Below are positions 24,426 through 32,656 of a stretch of DNA of 38,835 nt, in pieces. The notes below the pieces were generated by a model. It was not told the DNA's origin. It did no database searches and saw only the letters and a list, made by a program, of their open reading frames with translations. The DNA is taken from assembly GCA_002780235.1 (NCBI GenBank), contig PEVO01000025.1, positions 305 to 39,139 of the forward strand, given 5' to 3'. Position 1 is the stretch's first letter; the number at the start of each line of letters is the position of its first letter. Made by a program: the position numbers and the translations under genes. This DNA comes from Candidatus Berkelbacteria bacterium CG06_land_8_20_14_3_00_43_10 (GTDB lineage: Bacteria; Patescibacteriota; UBA1384; GWA2-35-9; CG2-30-43-20).

Positions 24426-25100
24426 ATGATAAAAGACATTGCAGAAAAGTTATCTCGAGAATTGCGCATTAGTTTGGATAAAGTTGTCAGGGAAGAATGG
24501 GAAATGAAAGTTCTGGAAAAAATATCCCAGAGCGTAATTGGTGATAAGATAATGTTTAAGGGTGGAACCGCCTTGCGTTTAGCCTATAACTCCCCTCGAT
24601 TTTCTGATGATCTAGATTTTTCTCCACTTTCTAAAATTGCATTCGCTGACTACAAAACGGTTATTAAAAGCATCGAAAAGGCGTTTCCCGAAATTGTTAT
24701 CTCCGATATATACAACAAGTACTATACCTATTTATCTGAATATAAAATTACGGATCCGCTTTTGTCTCAAAACATTACTCTGAAAATTGAACTCTCCAAA
24801 AGAAAAAGCCAATACAAATCGTCCTTGCGTTTAATTAGCTCCCCATCATCAAACTTGCAACCATTATTTCAGGTCGAAGAAATCGATGAAATTTTGAAGG
24901 ACAAACTAAAAACAATACAAGAGCGCAAACTGCCTCGCGATTTGTTTGATATTTGGTTTTTGTGCCAAAAACTTCGTTTACCGATGCCAGATATTACCTT
25001 GAAGATCGATAAAAAATTGATTCGGCAGGAACTTTCTAAATATTTGCCCAAAAACTATCAAACGGTTACCACGCAACTTATGGAGAAGTATGGCAAATAA
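24426..25100 (+). CDS. abiEii: AbiEii/AbiGii-family nucleotidyltransferase toxin
   Basis: 224 aa with MFKGGTALRLAYNSPRFSDDLDFS and RDLFDIWFL motifs. GGAG SD. Confidence 0.8.
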   Translation: MIKDIAEKLSRELRISLDKVVREEWEMKVLEKISQSVIGDKIMFKGGTALRLAYNSPRFSDDLDFSPLSKIAFADYKTVIKSIEKAFPEIVISDIYNKYYTYLSEYKITDPLLSQNITLKIELSKRKSQYKSSLRLISSPSSNLQPLFQVEEIDEILKDKLKTIQERKLPRDLFDIWFLCQKLRLPMPDITLKIDKKLIRQELSKYLPKNYQTVTTQLMEKYGK

Positions 25101-25674
25101 CAGATTAAAAGTCCTTGGTACTCTTGATAAAGATTACTTTTCATCGTCTGATTTGCAAAAGATTTTTAAATTACCACGCGCAAGTTTACTAGTGACTTTA
25201 TCGCGTCTGCAAAAACGAGGAGAAATAAAGCGGATTATTAAAGGATATTATCAAGTAGCCGATAAACCAATTAATACTCAAAAGATAGCGACACAGATAT
25301 ATCAACCGAGTTATATTTCTTTTGAAAGCGCGCTGTCGCGCTACGGGGGGATAAGCCAAGTACCTTATTGTTTGACGCTGGCAACCACCAATAAACCAAA
25401 AAAAATAGTTCTCGACAAGGAAGATATTGAGTACCGCAAAATTAAGCAGGATTTACTCTTTGGATTTAACCTTATCGACGGCGTGTATGTGGCGACAGCG
25501 GAAAAAGCTCTGCTCGATACATTGTATATGGTGTCAAAAGGGAGATTGCAAATTGACTTGACCGTTATTGACAAAAAAGTATTTGACAAAATAAAGTTGT
25601 TACTCTGGTCCAAACAGTATCCACCAGCGGTTTTGCGTCTTATTAATAGTTTATATCAAGAACGAACCGATTAA
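25090..25674 (+). CDS. abiEi: AbiEi-family antitoxin / transcriptional regulator
   Basis: 194 aa with an N-terminal wHTH (FSSSDLQKIF..LVTLSRLQKRGEIKRIIKGYY) and PSYISFESALSRYGGISQVP, typical of AbiEi. Overlaps abiEii by 11 nt. Confidence 0.75.
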   Translation: MANNRLKVLGTLDKDYFSSSDLQKIFKLPRASLLVTLSRLQKRGEIKRIIKGYYQVADKPINTQKIATQIYQPSYISFESALSRYGGISQVPYCLTLATTNKPKKIVLDKEDIEYRKIKQDLLFGFNLIDGVYVATAEKALLDTLYMVSKGRLQIDLTVIDKKVFDKIKLLLWSKQYPPAVLRLINSLYQERTD

Positions 25675-25723
25675 CGAATCGATATATTTGCTGGAGATTA
25701 GTACCTAGATCTGGTGGAATTGA

Positions 25724-27874
25724 TTATTCGTGGTTGTTGCCATTTTGCTTAATGCTAAGCCCAACTCTCCCGCGTTCCTTGTCAATCGTTACCACTTTCA
25801 CCTTAACTTTATCTCCGACTTTCAAAACAGACGAAACGGTTTCGATGCGATTTTGTGAGATTTCGCTAATATGCACCATGCCGGTATTTTTGCCACCGAG
25901 GTTGATGATGGCGCCGATCTCGTTACCTTTAAAACGATCTTTGAGGATTTCTTCCACCGTTCCATCGATCACTTCACCGATGGCGAACTCTTTGGTTTGC
26001 CCCTGAATGGCAGCGATCGCACTATCGGCCGCTTCTTTTTTGGGTGACGATACCAACACGGTCCCATCATCTTCGATATCGATACTGATGACCTCTTTAC
26101 CACCCGCATCGTCTACAATCTTGCGAATGTTTTTACCGCCCGGTCCGATAACATCGCCAATTTTGTCGATAGGGATATGCAAGGTGTAGATACGTGGCGC
26201 GTATTGAGATAATTCTGTTCGCGGTTCACCGATAACCGACAGCATTTGTTCCATAATAAACAGCCTACCTTTAAGCGCAGCTGCCAGCGTATCTTTGATG
26301 ATCCCCATGCTTAACCCTTTAATCTTGGTATCAAGTTGTATGGCGGTTATACCGTCTTTGGTCCCCGCGACTTTAAAATCCATATCGCCGGCGAAATCTT
26401 CGAGCCCTTGCAAATCGGTTAACACTTTGTAGTTTTCATAGGGTTTTTCATGATCAGTGATAAGACCCATCGCAATACCACTGACGGGTTTGGTGATAGG
26501 CACACCAGCGTCCATAAGTGCAAGCGTTGATCCGCACGTTGCTGCCATAGAACTGGAGCCGTTGCTCGCTAAAATCTCCGATACCAAACGGATCGTGTAG
26601 GGGAATGATTCACGGTCCGGGATCATGGGTTTGAGCGCGCGTTCTGCAAGTGCGCCGTGACCGATCTCCCGGCGTCCAACACTACGCATTGGTTTGACTT
26701 CGCCGGTAGAAAACGGAGGGAAGTTGTAGTGGTGCATAAAGCGTTTGGTGCCTTCTTCTTCTAGTGTTTCCACGGTCTGTTCGTCGCCCGGGCTCCCCAA
26801 GGTGGCGATGGTAAGTGCCTGTGTTTGACCGCGGGTAAATAGACCGCTCCCATGGGTGCGCGGCAACAGACCAACTTCTATAGACAGGGGGCGCACTTCA
26901 TCTAATTTGCGTCCATCGGGGCGAATATCATGAGATAGAATCAGCTCCCGTATCTCCTTTTCGACTATCTTATTAAACGTTACTTTAAGATCGGTTTGTT
27001 TATACGATCCTTCAAAGTTTTTAAGGACATCTGCTTCAAACGTGGCAATCGCCGTTTTGCGTTTTTCTGGGTCGAGTTCTTTGATCGCGCCTGCAAGTTT
27101 TTTACCGATATATTTTTTCACTTCTTCGTGGATAATATCGGCTTCCGATGCATCGGTAGTAAGCATATCAGTGCGTGCAAAGTTTTTTTGCACCGCTATT
27201 GTCGGTTGCAACCCGGCGAGCGCAAATTCGATCGCCTCGATCATGGTTGCTTCTGGGATCTCTTTTGCGCCGGCTTCTATCATCATCACGGTATCGGTTG
27301 TGCCTGCAACGACTAGATCGAGCGTTGATACATCTAACTGACTTTCTGTTGGGTTTAAGACCATTTTGCCATCGATACAGCCAACACGGGCAGCGCCGAC
27401 CGGACATTCAAACGGTGCGATGGTTTGTGTGAGTGCGGCGGATGCGGCGACAATGGCGATCGTATCGGGGCTGTGCTCTTCGTCATACGACAAAACGGTG
27501 ATGATCACCTGCACATCGTTACGGAATGATTTGGGAAATAAAGGGCGGATAGGGCGGTCGATAAGGCGCGCCGATAAAACTGCATTATCGGTGGGACGAC
27601 CTTCGCGTTTAATAAAGCGTGACCCGCTAATTTTGCCTGCTGCGTAGAGTCGTTCTTCGTAATCAACCATCAGCGGGAAAAAATCGACGCCTTCGCGTGG
27701 TTCTACGCCGACGACTGCGGTTGCCAAAATAACTGTTTCTCCCCAAGAAACGGTGACAGACCCGTCTGCCAACCCTGCGAGTTTACCTGTTTCGAACACT
27801 AACTCGCCGTTTCCAAAATCGGCTTTAAAGACCTTAAGCCCTGAGTCTGTCGAATGGGTTGTATGAGATTTCAT
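25724..27874 (-). CDS. pnp: polyribonucleotide nucleotidyltransferase
   Basis: 716 aa with two RNase PH-like domains, a KH domain (GPGGKNIRKI) and a C-terminal S1 domain (GMVHISEIS). Confidence 0.95.
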   Translation of the reverse strand: MKSHTTHSTDSGLKVFKADFGNGELVFETGKLAGLADGSVTVSWGETVILATAVVGVEPREGVDFFPLMVDYEERLYAAGKISGSRFIKREGRPTDNAVLSARLIDRPIRPLFPKSFRNDVQVIITVLSYDEEHSPDTIAIVAASAALTQTIAPFECPVGAARVGCIDGKMVLNPTESQLDVSTLDLVVAGTTDTVMMIEAGAKEIPEATMIEAIEFALAGLQPTIAVQKNFARTDMLTTDASEADIIHEEVKKYIGKKLAGAIKELDPEKRKTAIATFEADVLKNFEGSYKQTDLKVTFNKIVEKEIRELILSHDIRPDGRKLDEVRPLSIEVGLLPRTHGSGLFTRGQTQALTIATLGSPGDEQTVETLEEEGTKRFMHHYNFPPFSTGEVKPMRSVGRREIGHGALAERALKPMIPDRESFPYTIRLVSEILASNGSSSMAATCGSTLALMDAGVPITKPVSGIAMGLITDHEKPYENYKVLTDLQGLEDFAGDMDFKVAGTKDGITAIQLDTKIKGLSMGIIKDTLAAALKGRLFIMEQMLSVIGEPRTELSQYAPRIYTLHIPIDKIGDVIGPGGKNIRKIVDDAGGKEVISIDIEDDGTVLVSSPKKEAADSAIAAIQGQTKEFAIGEVIDGTVEEILKDRFKGNEIGAIINLGGKNTGMVHISEISQNRIETVSSVLKVGDKVKVKVVTIDKERGRVGLSIKQNGNNHE

Positions 27875-27934
27875 GTGTTCCTTCCTGCCACTCCGTAGCC
27901 TTTGGCGTAGGGTGGTAATTCAGCGTTTGTTTGG

Positions 27935-27987
27935 CTCGGAACGAGGGAATAACTCACGCTGAAATGTGTTATATCTCTCGTGCCGAG
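27935..27987 (-). promoter_or_regulatory. long imperfect hairpin in the pnp 5' leader
   Basis: CTCGGAACGAGGGAATAAC ... GTTATATCTCTCGTGCCGAG lies 60-110 nt upstream of the pnp ATG. Confidence 0.3.
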
Positions 27988-28076
27988 ATGGTTTGTATTA
28001 AGTACCAAGTATTATGTATTATGCAAAAATTTAAAAATCCTATAATACTAATATCTGATACCTAACTATTGATAAA

Positions 28077-28511
28077 TTATATGGCTAGCTCGTACACTGG
28101 GCTATTGGTCGGATTGTAATCATTGGCCAAATCTTTATCGTTGCTAAGCTCAAGTGTCGCAGAGACAATGCATTTTGCATTTTCTGTTGAATATAAATAT
28201 GGCTTTTTAGTGAGGGGGTCGGAATATGTCTTTGTCTTTTCTGCCGTAGCCAGATCTTCTAGAGATAGAGGACATTTACCGTTCTCAACTTTGTAAATAT
28301 TAATTGAATTGATCAGTGCTTTAACGGTGGCTTTACGAGCGTTATCTCGTGACTCGATTTTGCTAACGGCATTTTGTTTACGGGAAGATTTTAATAATTT
28401 ATTGGGGTAAATTACAAGTTTGTAGGTGAAATACGATACTAAAATCAAAGGTGCTACAATTAATACTGTATTGACGATTGTTAGTAATCTAAAAGTATTA
28501 TTATTTTGCAT
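28077..28511 (-). CDS. membrane-anchored hypothetical protein, pseudopilin-like fold suspected
   Basis: 144 aa with an N-terminal hydrophobic helix, then RDNARKATVKALINSINIYKVENGKCPLSLEDL, which resembles GspG/pilin helices. There is no canonical G/FTLIE prepilin site and no SD. Confidence 0.4.
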   Translation of the reverse strand: MQNNNTFRLLTIVNTVLIVAPLILVSYFTYKLVIYPNKLLKSSRKQNAVSKIESRDNARKATVKALINSINIYKVENGKCPLSLEDLATAEKTKTYSDPLTKKPYLYSTENAKCIVSATLELSNDKDLANDYNPTNSPVYELAI

Positions 28512-28533
28512 TTTTAATTTCTAATATCTAAAA

Positions 28534-28614
28534 TCCCATACTACCTAATCCCATACTACCTAATACCTACTACCTAATACCTACTACCTAATACCTAATA
28601 CCTACTACCTAATA
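28534..28614. repeat. TACCTAATACC / CTACTACC tandem repeat array
   Basis: Reads CCCATACTACCTAAT x2, then (ACCTACTACCTAAT/ACCTAAT)n. Located between rpsO and the pilin-like gene. Confidence 0.8.
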
Positions 28615-28620
28615 CAGGTT

Positions 28621-29118
28621 TTACTTTCTCAGCCCCAAATCTGCTATCAACTTCTGATACTGTGCTTGGTTGTGCTTCAATAGATAATTTAACAGGCGTC
28701 GTCGTTTACCTACCATGATGATCAACCCGCGTTTGGAATCACTGTCTTTGCCGTGTTTTTTGAGGTGTTTTGCAAGCGAATTGATCTTTGCCGTAAACAG
28801 TGCAACTTGCACTTCTGTGGAACCGGTATCGGATGTATTATGCTGATACTTGGTCAAAAGTTCCGCATCTTTGCCTTTGAGTTTAAATGTACCGACCGAC
28901 GCAGTTGGCTTGGCGACTTTTTTCTTTTTTCCAAGTGTTTGAACCACGGGCTTCTCTACTGCATTCTCTTTTTTAAGCACTTCAGCACTTTTCTTTTCTT
29001 TTTTAACAACCTTAACAGGAGCGACTAGCGATTTTGTCGCTTTTTTCACAGGAGTTTTCTCTTTCTTCAGCACTTCAGCACTCTTAGTCTTTTTCGTTTC
29101 GGTCTTTTTTATTGTCAT
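28621..29118 (-). CDS. rpsO: 30S ribosomal protein S15 with ~80-aa Lys-rich N-terminal extension
   Basis: The C-terminal half (TSDTGSTEVQVALFTAKINSLAKHLKKHGKDSDSKRGLIIMVGKRRRLLNYL) is canonical S15. The start is set at ATG 29118, 10 nt after the TATACT -10, although the ORF is open to 29157. Confidence 0.85.
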   Translation of the reverse strand: MTIKKTETKKTKSAEVLKKEKTPVKKATKSLVAPVKVVKKEKKSAEVLKKENAVEKPVVQTLGKKKKVAKPTASVGTFKLKGKDAELLTKYQHNTSDTGSTEVQVALFTAKINSLAKHLKKHGKDSDSKRGLIIMVGKRRRLLNYLLKHNQAQYQKLIADLGLRK

Positions 29119-29128
29119 AACAACATAG

Positions 29129-29157
29129 AGTATAGCAAAATATTCTCGTAAGCGCAA
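29129..29157 (-). promoter_or_regulatory. rpsO promoter (near-leaderless)
   Basis: On the minus strand: TTGCGC (29157-52), 17-nt spacer, TGcTATACT (29134-29), then 10 nt to ATG 29118. Confidence 0.4.
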
Positions 29158-29174
29158 GAGTCGAGCATTTTAGA

Positions 29175-29203
29175 TTGACATAATTTCCTTTTTATGGTAG
29201 GAT
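29175..29203 (+). promoter_or_regulatory. promoter of the SLT/M15 gene
   Basis: TTGACA 29175-80, 17-nt spacer, TAGGAT 29198-203. The GGTGAGG SD precedes TTG 29243. Confidence 0.4.
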
Positions 29204-29242
29204 GACGTGTCATTCAATCTGTATTTGTGAGGTGAGGAATAG

Positions 29243-31201
29243 TTGAAAAATCGATCAAAGTTTGAGAACACAGTTGCGTTCATCGTCGTCGCAGGAGCAA
29301 AAGCAGTTTCCTCTGCTGTGATATGGGTCTTTACGACGCTTGTGTTTGATTTGTTTTTGTGCGTCGTGGGACTGTGGTCCATGGGTGTTGGACTGCTCAA
29401 AGGGATGCAAGAGGGGTCACGATACTTCCAGCTCGTCTGGGCGAGTAGTGTTGTCCCCGTATTCAAGCTTAAGTGTGGTCTTGACTTTGGAAAGAAAGTC
29501 ATCCGCGGAAGTATCATCCTTATTGTCGGTCTGGCAGTTGCTGGATGGTATTTTAGAAAACCACTTGCGGACTGGGTCGACGCGGTGTGCAGCTACCGGA
29601 TAACATTTGTCCGGAAACCGCATACGGTGACCAACCTTACCGAACGGGTTATGCGCACAGAAGGTAAAAAGTGGGTTGCACACAACTATTTGCCCTCTCG
29701 CACGCAGTGCCAAACGGCGGATGAGTTAGAGAAGATCATCCGACCCTACGATGGCTACTTTGGCTGGATTGCGCGGACGGTGGATTGGGACATCAATGTT
29801 GTCCGTGCACTTGCACTCATCGAAAGCGGGTGCACGCCAGACGCCGTTGACGGGTCGTTCCTTACTGGTCAGAGTAGCGTGGCGCATGTAGGCATGTTCC
29901 AGCTCTCTGCTGGTGTCTTTGCGCAGTTTTTGCCACAGCAGTTCAACGGCAAGTTGCGAGCGTTAGAGTTGGCACAGTCGCGATCAATTAGGGCGAACCA
30001 TAATGGACGCATCAGCGATAGTGAATACATAGCATCGCTGCGAGCGTTCAAGAAAACTGATCCACGGTGCGCACTTGCACTCAACGCGCTGGCAGGGTGC
30101 AATTTGTGGAAGGCGCACCAAAAGATCGTTGGAGATACCGTCGCGACGGTTCAGGTGCATCACAATGGGCTGGGCAACTACGCCAAACTCGTTGACGCTT
30201 ATGGCGAGTATACGGGCGATTTCCCCGTGTATGGGTATAACAGGTATGCGAATATCTGCAAAACCATACGATCCGGCACCGCAGTATTCACCTACCCAAA
30301 CTTCTGGTATCTGTATCACAGCGACCAGACGTTTAAGGATAAGGTTGATGCACTTGGGCTCCACGACGAAGCGCCAATCTATGCGTTTAAGGTTATGGCG
30401 CTCGCCGATTATCTCGACACGATGATCGGCGACAAACTACTTGTCCCAGCGCTTAGTGACAACGCAATGAACGCAGAGATCGCAAAAGCGCGGAGCGCCA
30501 TCGATACACTTCTGGCGTATAACGATATGCCCGAATGGTTTCGCAATAGGGAACTACCCAAGGAACGCCGTGCGGTGAAGCGCGAGCGCACCATCGCCAA
30601 ACATCTCTACCAGTATCAAGACTGGAAGGACTTGAAGCGGGGACTTGGTGCGGACAAGCTCGTGGCAGTTGCGGACAGACCAGATATAGGTCTTGATTGT
30701 GATGACGGTATGGGTAAGTTGGCAGGAGTCAACCAAACCTACTACCAGAACATTAACCCGCAACTCTGGCGACTTAATTGCACACTTGCCACAGCGTGGC
30801 ACAAAGAAGGTGGTGGGACAATCCACATGACCTCTGCAATACGCACGCTTGCGTATCAATCCCTCATGGGTAACAACTCCTGCGGTCACACAACCGGGCT
30901 CGCCTGCGATCTTGTATTAGAACGTGGCATTCCTGTGTGGCGCTGGGAACAGGGCGAAAAATTCATCCTGTTTTTGCGTGCCCATGCGCGCGAATGGGGA
31001 TACGACTTTTACACAGAGGCGGGCAAGGGGAGCGACACCGGTCGCAACCACATCCACCTATTCATCACAAAACCACAACCACCCAGATTCGGTTTGATCC
31101 CGAATGGGTGGTTTTTTATTTTGACTAACATTCGGGCCTATGTTATACGCTTATTAGTTCGTATTCTGATTTTGGAAGGGATGCACCATGAAAACGGGTA
31201 A
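29243..31201 (+). CDS. membrane-anchored bifunctional cell-wall hydrolase: lytic transglycosylase (SLT)-like + M15-like zinc peptidase domain
   Basis: 652 aa with about 3 N-terminal TM helices. SLT-like ALALIESG..HVGMFQLS. C-terminal TSAIRTLAYQSLMGNNSCGHTTGLACDL ... GRNHIHLF fits the H-x6-D ... H-x-H ligands of the M15 / YcbK-VanY type. TTG start. Confidence 0.65.
   Translation: MKNRSKFENTVAFIVVAGAKAVSSAVIWVFTTLVFDLFLCVVGLWSMGVGLLKGMQEGSRYFQLVWASSVVPVFKLKCGLDFGKKVIRGSIILIVGLAVAGWYFRKPLADWVDAVCSYRITFVRKPHTVTNLTERVMRTEGKKWVAHNYLPSRTQCQTADELEKIIRPYDGYFGWIARTVDWDINVVRALALIESGCTPDAVDGSFLTGQSSVAHVGMFQLSAGVFAQFLPQQFNGKLRALELAQSRSIRANHNGRISDSEYIASLRAFKKTDPRCALALNALAGCNLWKAHQKIVGDTVATVQVHHNGLGNYAKLVDAYGEYTGDFPVYGYNRYANICKTIRSGTAVFTYPNFWYLYHSDQTFKDKVDALGLHDEAPIYAFKVMALADYLDTMIGDKLLVPALSDNAMNAEIAKARSAIDTLLAYNDMPEWFRNRELPKERRAVKRERTIAKHLYQYQDWKDLKRGLGADKLVAVADRPDIGLDCDDGMGKLAGVNQTYYQNINPQLWRLNCTLATAWHKEGGGTIHMTSAIRTLAYQSLMGNNSCGHTTGLACDLVLERGIPVWRWEQGEKFILFLRAHAREWGYDFYTEAGKGSDTGRNHIHLFITKPQPPRFGLIPNGWFFILTNIRAYVIRLLVRILILEGMHHENG
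31079..31120 (+). terminator. terminator-like hairpin located inside the ORF, 80 nt before its stop
   Basis: CCACCCAGATTCGG-TTTGATC-CCGAATGGGTGG followed by TTTTTTATTTT. A homologous hairpin follows the paralog at 32512-32552. Confidence 0.5.
31121..31149 (+). promoter_or_regulatory. candidate promoter for the second hydrolase paralog
   Basis: TTGACT 31121-26, 17-nt spacer, TATACG 31144-49, about 40 nt before ATG 31188. Confidence 0.3.
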
Positions 31202-32482
31202 TGAAAATACACCTCTCGTTGCGTTAGGTGTGGCCATCGCTTTAGTTGTGTCAGCGATATATGTGTGTTGGAAACCGGCAGTGCCCTATGTCTTGCCCGG
31301 CTCTAAAGAAGCACGGGTTACCAATCGTGTACAATGCAATCTGGCGCAAAAGGTCAAAAAGATCAACCCATACGCAGCTATTCTCGTCAAAGAATTGGCG
31401 TGGGACCCCAGTCTTGCCCGTGCGTTTATGGTAGAGCTGGGTGGCGACAGATATACTTCTATCGTATCTGGTTTAACAATCGAGAAGATATATTCAACGA
31501 GGGCTTCGGTAACTGGCAGTCAAACGTCGGCATCGCCCAACTCACAACGAACGATGTATTCAATGCATATAACCTAAGCAACGGATCTGCATGCTTGTTT
31601 GACCTTGGTTGGGAGATAGTTGGTCTCGCGAAAGATGTCAAAGATGGACGTCTTTCAATCCAATCGTTCAAACAAATCGGTGAGCAGCAATTGATACCAC
31701 TCGATCCGCGGTTTAACCCCGATATCAGCATGGGGGTGCTTGTCACAATTCTCCGTAACGACGCATCAGATAATCCAGTAAGCACCGCACGTGAGTTTCT
31801 TGATATTCACACAAAGCGCAATACACTCGCCACGACGTTGGACAAGGTAAGACGTTTGTGGGGTAAAGGCACACTACCTCGAGTTGAGTTTGACGCAACT
31901 CTCGTTCGACCAGATCTTGCGATGGCTGTATCCGATATCTATACATTCATGGATCGACCGGATTGGTACGATGGCGAGATCGCGCGACAAAAGGAAGCGG
32001 TTACGCAGGAACAACATCTCTATGCGCATGCCGTGCGATACATGACAGCACGTGACATCCAAAAAGGAATCAACAGAAATGATGTCGTTCCTATAGCAAG
32101 CAAACCAGAAATTGGTCTGGTTGTTGACAAACGTATTGGCGAGTATGACATACCGCATACAAACTTGTACAAAACTCTCAACCCAAAGCTCTGGGAGGGG
32201 TTGCAACAGTTTGCACATGATTGCCACACACAATACGACACCGTGTTCATTATCCGCGAGGCGAACCATTCGGTTATGTACCAAAACAAAATGGGGAGTG
32301 CATCAATCTCCGGACCAACGGGAAAATCGGTCGAGATCCAAGTTGATGGACGCCCGTTTTGGCGATGGGCAAATGCAAAAGAGATCATCAATTACCTACT
32401 GGTAAACAAGAAAAAGTACCATGTAGACTACTATACGGAGAGCCCTCATCGCGATATGCTCCACCTGTTTCTGGTGGAATAG
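31188..32482 (+). pseudogene. SLT/M15-like paralog, frameshifted, with degenerate metal ligands
   Basis: The frame starting at ATG 31188 (TM helix, DPSLARAFMVELGG) is open to 31577. The -1 frame (GNWQSNVGIAQLT ... ISGPTGKSVEI ... HRDMLHLF) is open over 31334-32482. Paralog alignment places the shift near 31440-31470. Confidence 0.55.
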
Positions 32483-32511
32483 ATTCCACGATATCTTTCC
32501 TGACCACGCAA

Positions 32512-32552
32512 CCATCCAGATTCGGTTTAATCCCGACTGGGTGGTTTTATTT
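32512..32552 (+). terminator. intrinsic terminator after the paralog
   Basis: CCATCCAGATTCGG-TTTAATC-CCGACTGGGTGG followed by TTTTATTT. Confidence 0.55.
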
Positions 32553-32656
32553 AAAAACTGTGAGTTTATGTTGGTTTGTATAACAAAATGTCACGACCGT
32601 GAGTAAATGTTAAATAAAAAGAGATCGCCCCTGCATTGACCCCTGCATAATACTGA

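Noticed and set aside
28534-28614. The regular repeat array here, and the one at 9037-9125, could be a CRISPR array.
   Set aside because: The period is only 7-14 nt, there are no unique spacers, and no cas genes are nearby. These are simple tandem repeats.
29170-29517. A 115-aa minus-strand ORF overlaps the start of the hydrolase gene.
   Set aside because: It is antisense to the TM-helix region of a long ORF that has its own promoter and SD. Its translation is low-complexity (Thr/Ser/Pro-rich).
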